A stretch of DNA of 15,646 bases, taken from NCBI GenBank assembly GCA_016839785.1, contig JAEOTQ010000072.1, positions 1-15,646 of the forward strand, read 5' to 3'. The notes beneath the pieces were generated by a model that did not search any database, was not told the DNA's origin, and saw nothing but the letters and a program-made list of their open reading frames with translations. The translations under genes and the position numbers were made by a program. Positions 1-8,027 of this stretch are shown in pieces (the stretch's first letter is position 1; each line of letters opens with the position of its first letter). Origin of the DNA: Candidatus Hodarchaeota archaeon. Lineage in GTDB: Archaea > Asgardarchaeota > Heimdallarchaeia > Hodarchaeales > Hodarchaeaceae.

Positions 1-1
1 G

Positions 2-733
2 ACTCGGACTTGGTTGACCTCGTTGGCCACTGCGAGGGGAGTATCTTGAATAAGAATCAAGCTTTCTAAGTGCGTTTGCCAAACCAATTGGATTCCCAGT
101 AATTTTAGCTGCTTCATGATCGGCAGCGAATTCACGACTTCGAGAAATAGCCATTTGAACTAACAAGGCTGCAATAGGAGCGACAATCCAAGTAATCAAT
201 AATGCAATTCCATTGGCATTACCATCCCTATCAGTGAAGCTAAACCAAAATGCCATTCGAGAGACAAACATGATGGCTGTGGCAAACAACGCTGCAATAG
301 TTTGAATAAGTGTATCCCAATGTTTCACATGACTTAATTCATGAGCCAAAACCCCATCCAATTCATCTGGGGACATCATATCTAAAAGGCCGGAATGAAC
401 TGCAATCACCGCTTTACCAGGTGAACGCCCTGTAGCGAATGCGTTTGGAGTTGGATTCTTAACAATGGCAATACGAGGTCGAGGAATACCTGCTCTTTGG
501 GCTAAATCTGCGACACGAGAGTATAACGCAGGAGCTTGGTGTTCATCAACAATTGTAGCTCTAGTCATCTTTAGAACTAATGAATCTGAAAACCAATATG
601 AAAAGAAAACAAATAATCCTGAAATTACCAAGAATACCATTGGTGAGATATTAAAGACTAGTGAAATCACATAAAAAAGGCCTAATAGAATTCCAAATAA
701 CATTCCAGTTTTCAATAAATTTGTAATATCCAT
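2..733 (-). CDS. htpX: Membrane zinc metalloprotease HtpX (peptidase M48); 3' end runs off the window
   Basis: Translated by hand from ATG at 733, missing from the ORF track: MDITNLLKTGMLFGILL...YWFSDSLVLKMTRA...PNAFATGRSPGKAVIAVHSGLL...DELDGVLAHELSHVKHWD...AISRSREFAADHEAAKITGNPIGLANALRKL. Contains the PNAFATG, HExxH and SRxREFxAD motifs of HtpX. Confidence 0.96.
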   Translation of the reverse strand, partial: MDITNLLKTGMLFGILLGLFYVISLVFNISPMVFLVISGLFVFFSYWFSDSLVLKMTRATIVDEHQAPALYSRVADLAQRAGIPRPRIAIVKNPTPNAFATGRSPGKAVIAVHSGLLDMMSPDELDGVLAHELSHVKHWDTLIQTIAALFATAIMFVSRMAFWFSFTDRDGNANGIALLITWIVAPIAALLVQMAISRSREFAADHEAAKITGNPIGLANALRKLDSYSRYSPRSGQRGQPSPS

Positions 734-809
734 ATCTATCAGCGTTTATACTATAATGGATCCACCCTTAAATTGACTAGCTTTGGGAATGTTCAGAATT
801 CTCAACCTG

Positions 810-1110
810 TCAGACAAATTTAATGTTTTGTTCATTTTCTTCTTTCTTATCTTGTTTTTTCAACATTTTGTGTCTATGACGATACTGAATGAAAAGAAAA
901 ACAAGACAACCTAATACTGCCACGAAGACAAGGTGAGTTACTTCTTGAAAAAAAAGTACTAGATGAATATCCGAAGCGTCTAAAACAGGTCCTTCGTAAT
1001 AACCCGTTAACAATGAACCATACACCAACAAATATATTCCTAATGGTTGTTGTATATCCAGAACATATATAGTACCAGTGCCATCGCGAACATCAGTAGA
1101 TTTGCCTCGA
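810..1110 (-). pseudogene. Probable 5'-truncated gene: OB-fold-like segment, C-terminal TM helix and basic tail
   Basis: The frame of ORF 810..1031 stays open upstream with no ATG (stop at 1157-1155) and reads VRDGTGTIYVLDIQQPLGIYLLVYGSLLTGYYEGPVLDASDI, matching the DGTGxIxV...GxxLxVxG pattern of OB folds, then LVFVAVLGCLVFLFI and RHRHK. Confidence 0.5.
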
Positions 1111-1129
1111 AAGAAATGAGAGGAAATAA

Positions 1130-2419
1130 ATGGATAAGAAAAAACTCCAGGAAGTCAAGGAACTTGTGGATCTTATGGATCCACTGCTTAACGTAAAAAT
1201 CGGAGAAGTTGTTGGCTTATTTCAGATTCGAGAGGGGCAGACAGAGGAAGAAGGCAAAAAGAAGATTAGTAATTGGTGTCAAGCTCACGGTGTGCAATTG
1301 CTGGACTTGATAGTTATCCCAATTAATCCCACCTGGACAATTATCCAAGAGATTTTGGAGAAAACGACACAAAAACTGGAGGAGACAAACGTAGAGTACC
1401 TCCTTGTCCCTGAAGTAACGGATCTAGTGGCAAAAGCGGAATATACTTTAGGGAGAGTAGAGCGTTCCCAAATTCCGTTCACTCATTTTGTACAAATATC
1501 AGAGAGAGTAGTGGTTATCCTTCTAGATAACTCCTTCCCAATAGATTCGGGAAGAGAGACGTTTCCCCCGACCTTCTGCAAAGCAAAGGATGACTATTTT
1601 CTTGTCAAATCAGGTCCAGAATCTCCCATTCTCTGCTTTTTGCTGACCATCTATGAAGAGAAAGGCAAAATCTCTACTCAGATCATTCCCACTGGTCAAG
1701 AACTCCATGAAGTACTTACTCAAATTGATGAAAGGCATCTAAGTGCTTACGAAAAAACTATCTTAGGTACCAATGGGATTTTTTTTACAGGTGATACTGG
1801 TGCTCTCACCGAACGAATGCACTCTCTACCCCTTTTCCAATCAGAACGGATGGAATACACTCCAAAAACAGATAAGTTTGTTTATCATTCGCGAAACGGA
1901 CGCAAATTAATGTTCCTTAACCCTGTATCAGAATTTCAAAAAATCCGAAAATCTGGCCATGTTTATGCTCAAGCAAATTTCTATATTATGAAACCACCTC
2001 TGATTACTCAGAATGATCGATGGAAGAATGTTAATTCCGAGATATCTTGGCGACAACAACCCAATTTTTATGCAATTCTCTTTTTTTGTCTGTTACGCGT
2101 GGTTCTATTTGAGTTTAAAGGGAGGGTTTCCCTCCTGACGAGTTATTATTTTGGCGGATCTTCCGATCAATGGCGCTGGAGTACCACTAAACGATTGATG
2201 ATTCGCACCAATATGTTGTTATCAGATCAGTTAATTGTTGATGGAATGCCCACCTCCCCGATCCCACGTTTGTGGTTGGAAAAATCTTTTCTCGTTCAAT
2301 CATCCACAAGCTGGTTGTTCTTACCCTTCGAGGATCTCCTGCACATGATTGATGAAAAGCGCGATTTAAATGGAAATTCGTTCCCCAAACTGACCAAACT
2401 CCCCGTGATTTATCGATAG
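1130..2419 (+). CDS. Hypothetical protein, 429 aa, with an N-terminal degenerate resolvase (serine recombinase)-like domain
   Basis: Long ORF with GAGGA upstream. The N-terminal pattern VVGLFQIREGQTEEEGKKKISNWCQAHGVQLLDL...LEETNVEYLLVPEVTDL follows the resolvase N-terminal layout but lacks YxRVS and DRLxR. The remainder is unrecognised. Confidence 0.7.
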   Translation: MDKKKLQEVKELVDLMDPLLNVKIGEVVGLFQIREGQTEEEGKKKISNWCQAHGVQLLDLIVIPINPTWTIIQEILEKTTQKLEETNVEYLLVPEVTDLVAKAEYTLGRVERSQIPFTHFVQISERVVVILLDNSFPIDSGRETFPPTFCKAKDDYFLVKSGPESPILCFLLTIYEEKGKISTQIIPTGQELHEVLTQIDERHLSAYEKTILGTNGIFFTGDTGALTERMHSLPLFQSERMEYTPKTDKFVYHSRNGRKLMFLNPVSEFQKIRKSGHVYAQANFYIMKPPLITQNDRWKNVNSEISWRQQPNFYAILFFCLLRVVLFEFKGRVSLLTSYYFGGSSDQWRWSTTKRLMIRTNMLLSDQLIVDGMPTSPIPRLWLEKSFLVQSSTSWLFLPFEDLLHMIDEKRDLNGNSFPKLTKLPVIYR

Positions 2420-2430
2420 GAGGCAAACTC

Positions 2431-2592
2431 GTGAAAAAAGTATTACGACATACTCTGAATGTCTATTAGGTATAGGTCCCCCCAATGTCCGAACGTAAGG
2501 TCCCTCAACAAATCCATAAGCTGATGGTGAAAGAGGTGAAAGAAAAACAGGCGAATTTAAAATTGAACAAACTCATCCAAGTTACCCAATAA
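2431..2592 (+). pseudogene. Possible decayed ORF remnant downstream of the 429-aa gene
   Basis: AGGAGG at 2418-2423 overlaps the previous stop, then GTG at 2431. The frame reads VKKVLRHTLNVY*V*VPPMSERKVPQQIHKLMVKEVKEKQANLKLNKLIQVTQ*, with two early TAG stops. Confidence 0.3.
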
Positions 2593-2736
2593 CTGGTCCT
2601 AATCAGACAGGGGATCTTTATGTTGGAAACATCACCGCGTGGTTGCTGACTCAATCCCAAACCACCACTTCAACCACCCAAGCCACTCCCCTGACGAACA
2701 GTCTTGTTATCATCCTTACTTTGCTGGTAATGAAAA

Positions 2737-2868
2737 CTAGACGTAGATCAAAAGATTGCTAAATAAATAGTCCTTTGACATCACATACGAACGTTTCCCT
2801 TGCTTTCGTGCATTGTTATGAATCTCATAATGTTTTTGTACAAAATCTTCCGTATTTGGAATTTCCAT
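2737..2868 (-). CDS. Short ORF or gene remnant, 43 aa (MEIPNTEDFVQKHYEIHNNARKQGKRSYVMSKDYLFSNLLIYV)
   Basis: GAGGAG Shine-Dalgarno upstream of ATG 2868; follows another small minus-strand ORF. Confidence 0.3.
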   Translation of the reverse strand: MEIPNTEDFVQKHYEIHNNARKQGKRSYVMSKDYLFSNLLIYV

Positions 2869-2916
2869 TCTTTTTTCTCCTCAAATCATCTTTAAAATCA
2901 ATATTACTCCTTCTCC

Positions 2917-3088
2917 TTAAGTATTTTTCGGTTTTGACTTATCTACAGTAACGAACATCAATATAATGATAAGAGTAATTATTAATATTGAATTCAATAT
3001 TGTTGAAAACAATAAAACAATAACAATACTCAATAATAGACTAAGAACAAAGAAATGAATAATGAAATAGGTTAGTGATTTGAAACAT
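2917..3088 (-). pseudogene. Small two-TM membrane peptide whose ATG is one base out of frame
   Basis: Frame 3084..2917 reads FKSLTYFIIHFFVLSLLLSIVIVLLFSTILNSILIITLIIILMFVTVDKSKPKNT*. ATG at 3088-3086 is followed by one extra T (ATG T TTC). Confidence 0.4.
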
Positions 3089-3106
3089 TATTTAATATGA
3101 AGTAAA

Positions 3107-3562
3107 ATGAAAATTGAAATTCAGCGGGAAGTCATTGCGAACTCTGTGTTTGTAAAAAGACCAATGAACAGAACTCTAGAGGTCGATCTACTTACCCTGG
3201 TCGAAATTCAAGAGCTTAACTGCCCCCGACAACGAATCTTAGAAATTGAAGTTAGGTGTAGAGGCAAAACCCAGCGCTTTCCGTATGATGTCCTCTAAAA
3301 CCATCAAATCCCGCTTTCGAGTATAGTTACGCAAATTCGGGCCTCGAGGGGACGTGAGTTTCACCTAGTGCGTGAAAACCAAAAGAGTATTTATGTACAG
3401 ACGAATTATCCCTCGGTGACGAATTTGCTTACAGATTATCTGGTACAAAGGGACTGGGTTACTGCTGAGGATACGGCTACCCTCGAAATCGTAGGTTATC
3501 CCTCAAAGGAGGATAATCTCACCAGATATTTTGACTCTCTTAGATCAGACTCAATGAACTAA
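3107..3562 (+). pseudogene. Single gene split by an in-frame TAA (3296-3298); paralogue of the C-terminal domain of 9617..10357
   Basis: ORFs 3107..3298 and 3368..3562 share a frame. The gap translates NHQIPLSSIVTQIRASRGREFHL and aligns with DPRISLSTIADQIRTSTGRAFKT of the 246-aa protein. Confidence 0.85.
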
Positions 3563-3568
3563 TCTTGC

Positions 3569-3594
3569 GTGATCTACTCCTTAGTTGAGATCAC
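3569..3594. terminator. Hairpin between convergent genes
   Basis: GTGATCT (3569-3575) and AGATCAC (3588-3594) form an inverted repeat in the 40-bp gap between two stop codons. Confidence 0.35.
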
Positions 3595-3602
3595 AAGTGA
3601 AC

Positions 3603-4313
3603 TTATATCCTTCCTTTTCTTCGCCGCACAAAGATAATCGTTATACCTAAGACAATAGTCATTAATCTCACTGGGGTAGTGGTAGAGGTAGTTGTGGTTG
3701 TGGTATCGGTGGTTGACTCTGTCGTTGAACTTGACATCGAAGTACTAGTAGTCGACTTAGCCTGACTTTGTGTCTCTAACCAGGCAGTGATATTCTCTAT
3801 ATATATCTCGCCTGTTCCGCGATCTACATCATACCCAGGATTGGTCAGTTGAACTGAAAAGGAGCCACTACCAGACTTGGTGGAATCATTCAGAGAATAG
3901 TCTATCCACCACCGTCCCACAGCATCGGTAACTAAATGTTGAACATAAATTGCATTAAAGCTTGTCCCAGGAGCAAGTTCAAATGATTTTGGGCCTTCCC
4001 ATGTTGGATAAGTAGCATTGAACGTAAAATTTAGACTGGTCGTGGAGTTTGAATTAGTAGATATTGATACATTCCACGTAATACCTATATGGGAGGGATG
4101 GTCCCCATCTTCGAATAATCTCTGAGAGGAAGTAGTATTGGTTATCGTAAAGGTGTTCAATGTAATCTCCGAAATAGCAGAGCCTTTAAATGGTGCAAAT
4201 GAAGTGTAGGGGAGAAACAGGATCAATCCTGCAGAGAGGAGAAATAGAAAAACCTGACTTCTAGTAATGACATAATTGTGAACATCTACTCGGGAGATCA
4301 TTTTAATCACCAA
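3603..4313 (-). CDS. Secreted, C-terminally anchored cell-surface glycoprotein
   Basis: N-terminal hydrophobic segment (VFLFLLSAGLILFLPY), beta-rich domain with NxS/T sequons, Ser/Thr-rich linker, then TP + TM helix + RRRKGR, resembling archaeosortase-type sorting signals. The exact start codon is uncertain. Confidence 0.85.
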   Translation of the reverse strand: MVIKMISRVDVHNYVITRSQVFLFLLSAGLILFLPYTSFAPFKGSAISEITLNTFTITNTTSSQRLFEDGDHPSHIGITWNVSISTNSNSTTSLNFTFNATYPTWEGPKSFELAPGTSFNAIYVQHLVTDAVGRWWIDYSLNDSTKSGSGSFSVQLTNPGYDVDRGTGEIYIENITAWLETQSQAKSTTSTSMSSSTTESTTDTTTTTTSTTTPVRLMTIVLGITIIFVRRRKGRI

Positions 4314-4367
4314 AGATCGAATCTTTTTTTCTATAAAAGGTTATTGAAAAAAGAAGGGGGGGAAGTT

Positions 4368-5426
4368 TTATTCAGGAGGCCCATCAAAAAGGTCCGTGTA
4401 TGCAGCTATTCTAATTTCATTGTCTGGATGCAAAAACCAAGTGGGAATACCTTCCGTAAGCATTGACATGATATATCCAGTTCCATTACCTCCATAGGGG
4501 CTACCTGAGTAATTTCCACACCGATAGGTATCATTTATGTACCATGTATTGTTCCCCCACGGATCTCTACCTATTGGGTTATATTGAAGATGATCGTCAT
4601 TAGAATTGGGCATATAGACATGTCCAACTTCATGAAGTAACGCTCGTGAGTCCCAAGTTCCTCCTCCATCATAATTCATGAAGATATGATTTGCACCTCC
4701 ATATGGATTCTCATCACAATCAGACGTATTAATCAAACAAAGAACCATGTCAAATCCTTGGTTAAGCCCCGATGTCCCACTAGAAATTGTCCAAGTGTAG
4801 GGCAATCCTAATTGGGTTGCTGTTTCATTCTGTAGGAAATCTTCGGTATTATCATTCCACTCTGTGCTTATGAGAGAAGTGTTGTAGGAGGAGGAAAAAG
4901 GCATCACAACGAAATCAATGGAGAAGTGGTCAGAAAAGGTTGTGTTTTCCCAGGTACCGAACCAGTAACCATTTATCTCGGTTCCATTTAAGACAATGAA
5001 GTTGTCATTGGTCTCAAGATCAGAAAATAAGTTCTCAGCGAAGGAGGGAGTAATATTGTCACAAAGAATAGCAGCAACAAAGACAGTATGGGTCTCGTAA
5101 AATTGAACCCAAAAACCATTATTCGTAGCCCCAGACGTAGTATTCCAGGTAGCGGTTGAAATAAAGACATCGGTAATATTGTAATCTCCGATGTTCATGG
5201 CAAACCAACCATCCCAGGTATCGAACGCTGGATCGCAATAACCTTGGAAGATTTGAGGTAAATCAGCATAGCTATAGTTTTCTGTGATTTCACCAGGATC
5301 GAGAGTCTCGAGCGAAAAAGAATATTCTTTATTCACCCAGGTATGAAAATTAGAATAGTCAAACGCCTGCACTTTAACTTTAGCCTTTACTGTTTCTCCT
5401 TCAGCTGTTATTGTACCATTGGTTAT
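4368..5426 (-). CDS. Zincin/metzincin-like metalloprotease, probably 5'-truncated (first start codon GTG at 5372)
   Basis: ALLHEVGHVY (HExxH), a downstream His (DDH) and a Met-turn-like YIMS. Acidic, with many N-glycosylation sequons and no signal peptide. The frame continues upstream as ITNGTITAEGETVKAKVK to the neighbouring gene's stop. Confidence 0.8.
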   Translation of the reverse strand: MTNGTITAEGETVKAKVKVQAFDYSNFHTWVNKEYSFSLETLDPGEITENYSYADLPQIFQGYCDPAFDTWDGWFAMNIGDYNITDVFISTATWNTTSGATNNGFWVQFYETHTVFVAAILCDNITPSFAENLFSDLETNDNFIVLNGTEINGYWFGTWENTTFSDHFSIDFVVMPFSSSYNTSLISTEWNDNTEDFLQNETATQLGLPYTWTISSGTSGLNQGFDMVLCLINTSDCDENPYGGANHIFMNYDGGGTWDSRALLHEVGHVYMPNSNDDHLQYNPIGRDPWGNNTWYINDTYRCGNYSGSPYGGNGTGYIMSMLTEGIPTWFLHPDNEIRIAAYTDLFDGPPE

Positions 5427-6043
5427 AAAGTATCAATAGATGCTGGAAACTGATTTTGTTCCCAAAAGAAAGAAGCACAAAAGATCAGTAGAATAGATAT
5501 CATTCCCCCTAAGAAAAAGAGCCTTCTTCCGACAAGAAAAATGATGAACCAGAGAAGAAACTCACCTAGTAAATCAACTCGGAAGATTAAATACAGAAAT
5601 TCTTTTTTTACAATGATTTTCCCTTGAATTTCGTTAGGATTATGTTTTATGTAATCAAAAAATCCGATATTTCTGTATTGACTGAGAATGGTCCGTATTT
5701 GATGCCCCACTATTATCCCTATCATCAATTCACTACCTGCATTTATCAGAGAATTGTGTTCGTTCCATTTGCTTGTTATTAAGAACGATCCAAGACCAGT
5801 GAGTAGGATTAAGCTCAAAACCTGAAAGATCCAGGTTTTAGAGAACAAAATTCCATCTTCTTTGAGTAATTTAGCTTTAGCTGGATTTATATGAAAAAAA
5901 GGCTGTATATAATGAATATTATGTCCTTGCTTCCGTAATCGGTTACTTTTTGGAAGCAACCTCAAATCAAGTAAGGCTAATAGTAGAGTTACAGTAATCA
6001 CTAATATAGGGCTTGTTATCCAGTAATCTAGTATGTTTTTCAT
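5423..6043 (-). CDS. Multi-pass membrane protein, divergent DUF5658-like paralogue of 6075..6725
   Basis: About five hydrophobic segments. Collinear with its neighbour (WITSP/WINSP, HINP/ELNP, IQGKI/LEGAI, GRRLFFLG/GQPFFLG). Confidence 0.85.
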   Translation of the reverse strand: MKNILDYWITSPILVITVTLLLALLDLRLLPKSNRLRKQGHNIHYIQPFFHINPAKAKLLKEDGILFSKTWIFQVLSLILLTGLGSFLITSKWNEHNSLINAGSELMIGIIVGHQIRTILSQYRNIGFFDYIKHNPNEIQGKIIVKKEFLYLIFRVDLLGEFLLWFIIFLVGRRLFFLGGMISILLIFCASFFWEQNQFPASIDTL

Positions 6044-6074
6044 TTCTACCTGTCCAAGATATTACTTCATTTCC

Positions 6075-6725
6075 TCATTTGTTCTCAGATTTTTCCTCCC
6101 TCACCGAAGAACCATCCCTAGTCTCTTCCTCCCATTTGTACATTGATCTACTATTTACAATCGATTGTAAAAATAGACCAAGAAAGAAAGGCTGTCCAGT
6201 CAAAAAGAATGTGATGGCTCCCAACCAACCGAGAATAAAAATCTGTTGAGCACTTGTTTTATAGTTGAATGAGGGGGAGGTTGTGATTGCTCCCTCAAGT
6301 ATACCTGGTTTATTATTTACATACCAAAAGATTAATATGCTTTTAATATGGCTCATATTCACTAAAAAGTAGGTCCAAAAGAAAAAGCCTAGAATAATTT
6401 CGAATATAAACTCAACTAGAAATGTATCTTGATTCTGTTGATAAATCATTGAAAGACCAACAATGATTCCAATAGTAATAGTCCATCCTATCCAGATTTT
6501 TTTATCCAGAGGTTTTTCTTCATGAATGGTGTTTTGAACGCTAGGATTCAATTCATAAATCTCTGATTTGAAATGATTCCTATATCGTTTTTGGGCGAGT
6601 AAGAATCCTCTCCGAGTGAGGAAGTAATCAGATAAAATTAATATAATGAAAGTTCCCCCAGTAATGAACGGGCTATTTATCCAAAGCTCAAAAATTTCAG
6701 GGATTAGATTATAAGCAGGGGTCAT
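6075..6725 (-). CDS. Multi-pass membrane protein with a DUF5658-like D-x3-T...E-x-NP motif
   Basis: SDYFLT at the end of TM1, followed by YELNP; about five TM segments. The family call is from motif memory only. Confidence 0.85.
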   Translation of the reverse strand: MTPAYNLIPEIFELWINSPFITGGTFIILILSDYFLTRRGFLLAQKRYRNHFKSEIYELNPSVQNTIHEEKPLDKKIWIGWTITIGIIVGLSMIYQQNQDTFLVEFIFEIILGFFFWTYFLVNMSHIKSILIFWYVNNKPGILEGAITTSPSFNYKTSAQQIFILGWLGAITFFLTGQPFFLGLFLQSIVNSRSMYKWEEETRDGSSVREEKSENK

Positions 6726-6796
6726 CTGACTAATTCCAGTTACATTGAAAAATATTCAATATTATTTAATTACATTGATAGCCTTTTCAGTCTAGG

Positions 6797-7528
6797 TTAA
6801 AAGATTTCATCCTTCAGGTACAACGCCTTCGAAGTTAGTTGATTGTATTTTCTTCTTTTACTGTCTGGATTAAGGCATTTTATAAGGCCATTCTTTTTTA
6901 AGGCTGTTATTGCACGACACACAGAGACCGCAGATACATTCGCTTCTCTTGCAATTTCGTATGCATACTTGGGTCTTGATAATAATGCTTTATACACAAT
7001 CTTTCGTATTACTCCATCATTAACAAATGCAAGTAATTTGTAATAGTCTTTTTCAATTAAATTCTCTCTATTCGGTATTTTTAAGTATTTGAAAATATCC
7101 TCTACTAGTCTTATATTGGGTGTAATTTTTTGATTGATCGCTACAAGCTTTGTTTGATGCGTTAGTAAGATTATGTAATTATCATTTGGTAAATTTTCAC
7201 TTGCGTCTATGTCAAATCCAATATCACTATCGATAATCGCGATAATTGCCACCTCATTGCTTAAAGGGTCAAATCTTTCTTGAAGTATTGATGAAACATC
7301 ATGACTAGTTAATTTGATGCCAGTTCGTGTCTCAATCCCCACCACTATTCCTATTGTCTCAATATATGCATCAATGCAGAAATCTTTCCTTCGTTCACTT
7401 TGGAATAATTCAATTCCAGAGGAGAGAATTTTTTGGGAGTTTGCTATCATTCTTTCAAAACAACTCAATATCTTTTTTCGATATTCATTTTGATCATTTT
7501 TCTTATTTATGGATTTATTTTTGTTCAT
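6797..7528 (-). CDS. Mrr-like PD-(D/E)XK-fold domain fused to a C-terminal ArsR-like winged HTH
   Basis: N-terminus IDAYIE...GIETR...VSS...IIAIIDSDIGF...A follows the Mrr catalytic-domain layout. C-terminus RKIVYKALLSRPKYAYEIAREANVSAVSVCRAITALKKNGLIKCLNP...RKYNQLT is a typical archaeal wHTH. Confidence 0.85.
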   Translation of the reverse strand: MNKNKSINKKNDQNEYRKKILSCFERMIANSQKILSSGIELFQSERRKDFCIDAYIETIGIVVGIETRTGIKLTSHDVSSILQERFDPLSNEVAIIAIIDSDIGFDIDASENLPNDNYIILLTHQTKLVAINQKITPNIRLVEDIFKYLKIPNRENLIEKDYYKLLAFVNDGVIRKIVYKALLSRPKYAYEIAREANVSAVSVCRAITALKKNGLIKCLNPDSKRRKYNQLTSKALYLKDEIF

Positions 7529-7560
7529 TTTTTCTTATCCCCTTGGAATGGATTCTCCAA

Positions 7561-7568
7561 ATTTAAAT
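7561..7568 (-). promoter_or_regulatory. Candidate TATA box for the leftward regulator gene
   Basis: ATTTAAAT about 33 bp upstream of ATG 7528. Confidence 0.4.
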
Positions 7569-7795
7569 CTGACATGTTCGATATTGGAAAAAAACAGGAT
7601 CTTATGAGAAGAAAGGTTGGAAAAAGGCCTAAACTCCCATTTAGTTTAAATTCTTGTAGTACATATGAAAATAACATCAAACTCGTCTCCAAAGATTTAT
7701 TGTGTATTAAATTTTATATAACTCACGAATTTCAGATCTCTTTTAACATGAATCTGAATTATATCCCCAATCATATCTAGATATTTAAATTCCGA

Positions 7796-7880
7796 CTAGC
7801 AAGATGCTAGCAACAATAGGACAAGATACTAGCAACAGTATCACATCATTCTAGACTGAGTCTAGTACAAGATTAGCACC
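7796..7880. repeat. Helically phased CTAG array with two 15-bp palindromes (candidate operator array)
   Basis: CTAG starts at 7796, 7807, 7829, 7851 and 7862, and TTAG at 7873, all multiples of 11 bp apart. Palindromes are CTAGCA-AGA-TGCTAG (7796-7810) and CTAGACT-G-AGTCTAG (7851-7865). The direct repeat CAAGATRCTAGCAACA occurs at 7800 and 7822. Confidence 0.75.
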
Positions 7881-7937
7881 CGATACAATAATTCTAAGGG
7901 AGTTCTTCCCCGCACCTCTTGTCAGTGAATTTGGGTG

Positions 7938-7945
7938 TATAAATA
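7938..7945 (+). promoter_or_regulatory. Candidate TATA box for the rightward regulator gene
   Basis: TATAAATA about 30 bp upstream of ATG 7975. Confidence 0.5.
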
Positions 7946-8027
7946 GAAAATAGGTATAGGAAAAGAGAAGAACAATGATACGTCTAATCTTTCAGGGCTA
8001 TCTGACCTGGAGGAAGGGAGTTCTCCT

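Noticed and set aside
465-674. 69-aa + strand ORF
   Set aside because: Antisense shadow of htpX.
1285-2426. Minus-strand ORFs 1285..1482 and 2187..2426
   Set aside because: Antisense shadows of the 429-aa gene with no motifs.
2984-3001. Perfect 18-bp palindrome AATATTGAATTCAATATT
   Set aside because: Almost all A/T, in a very AT-rich stretch and inside a probable small coding frame. An operator cannot be excluded but is unsupported.
3670-3760. Quasi-repeats of GTG/GTA/GTT triplets
   Set aside because: Explained by the Thr/Ser linker codons of the surface protein.
4278-7780. Short ORFs 4278..4466, 4988..5170, 6013..6249, 6843..7043, 7327..7566 and 7433..7780
   Set aside because: They overlap better-supported genes or promoter DNA and have no recognisable motifs.
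7796-7880. Possible mini-CRISPR array
   Set aside because: Units are 11 or 22 bp with no unique 30-40 bp spacers, and no cas genes are nearby.
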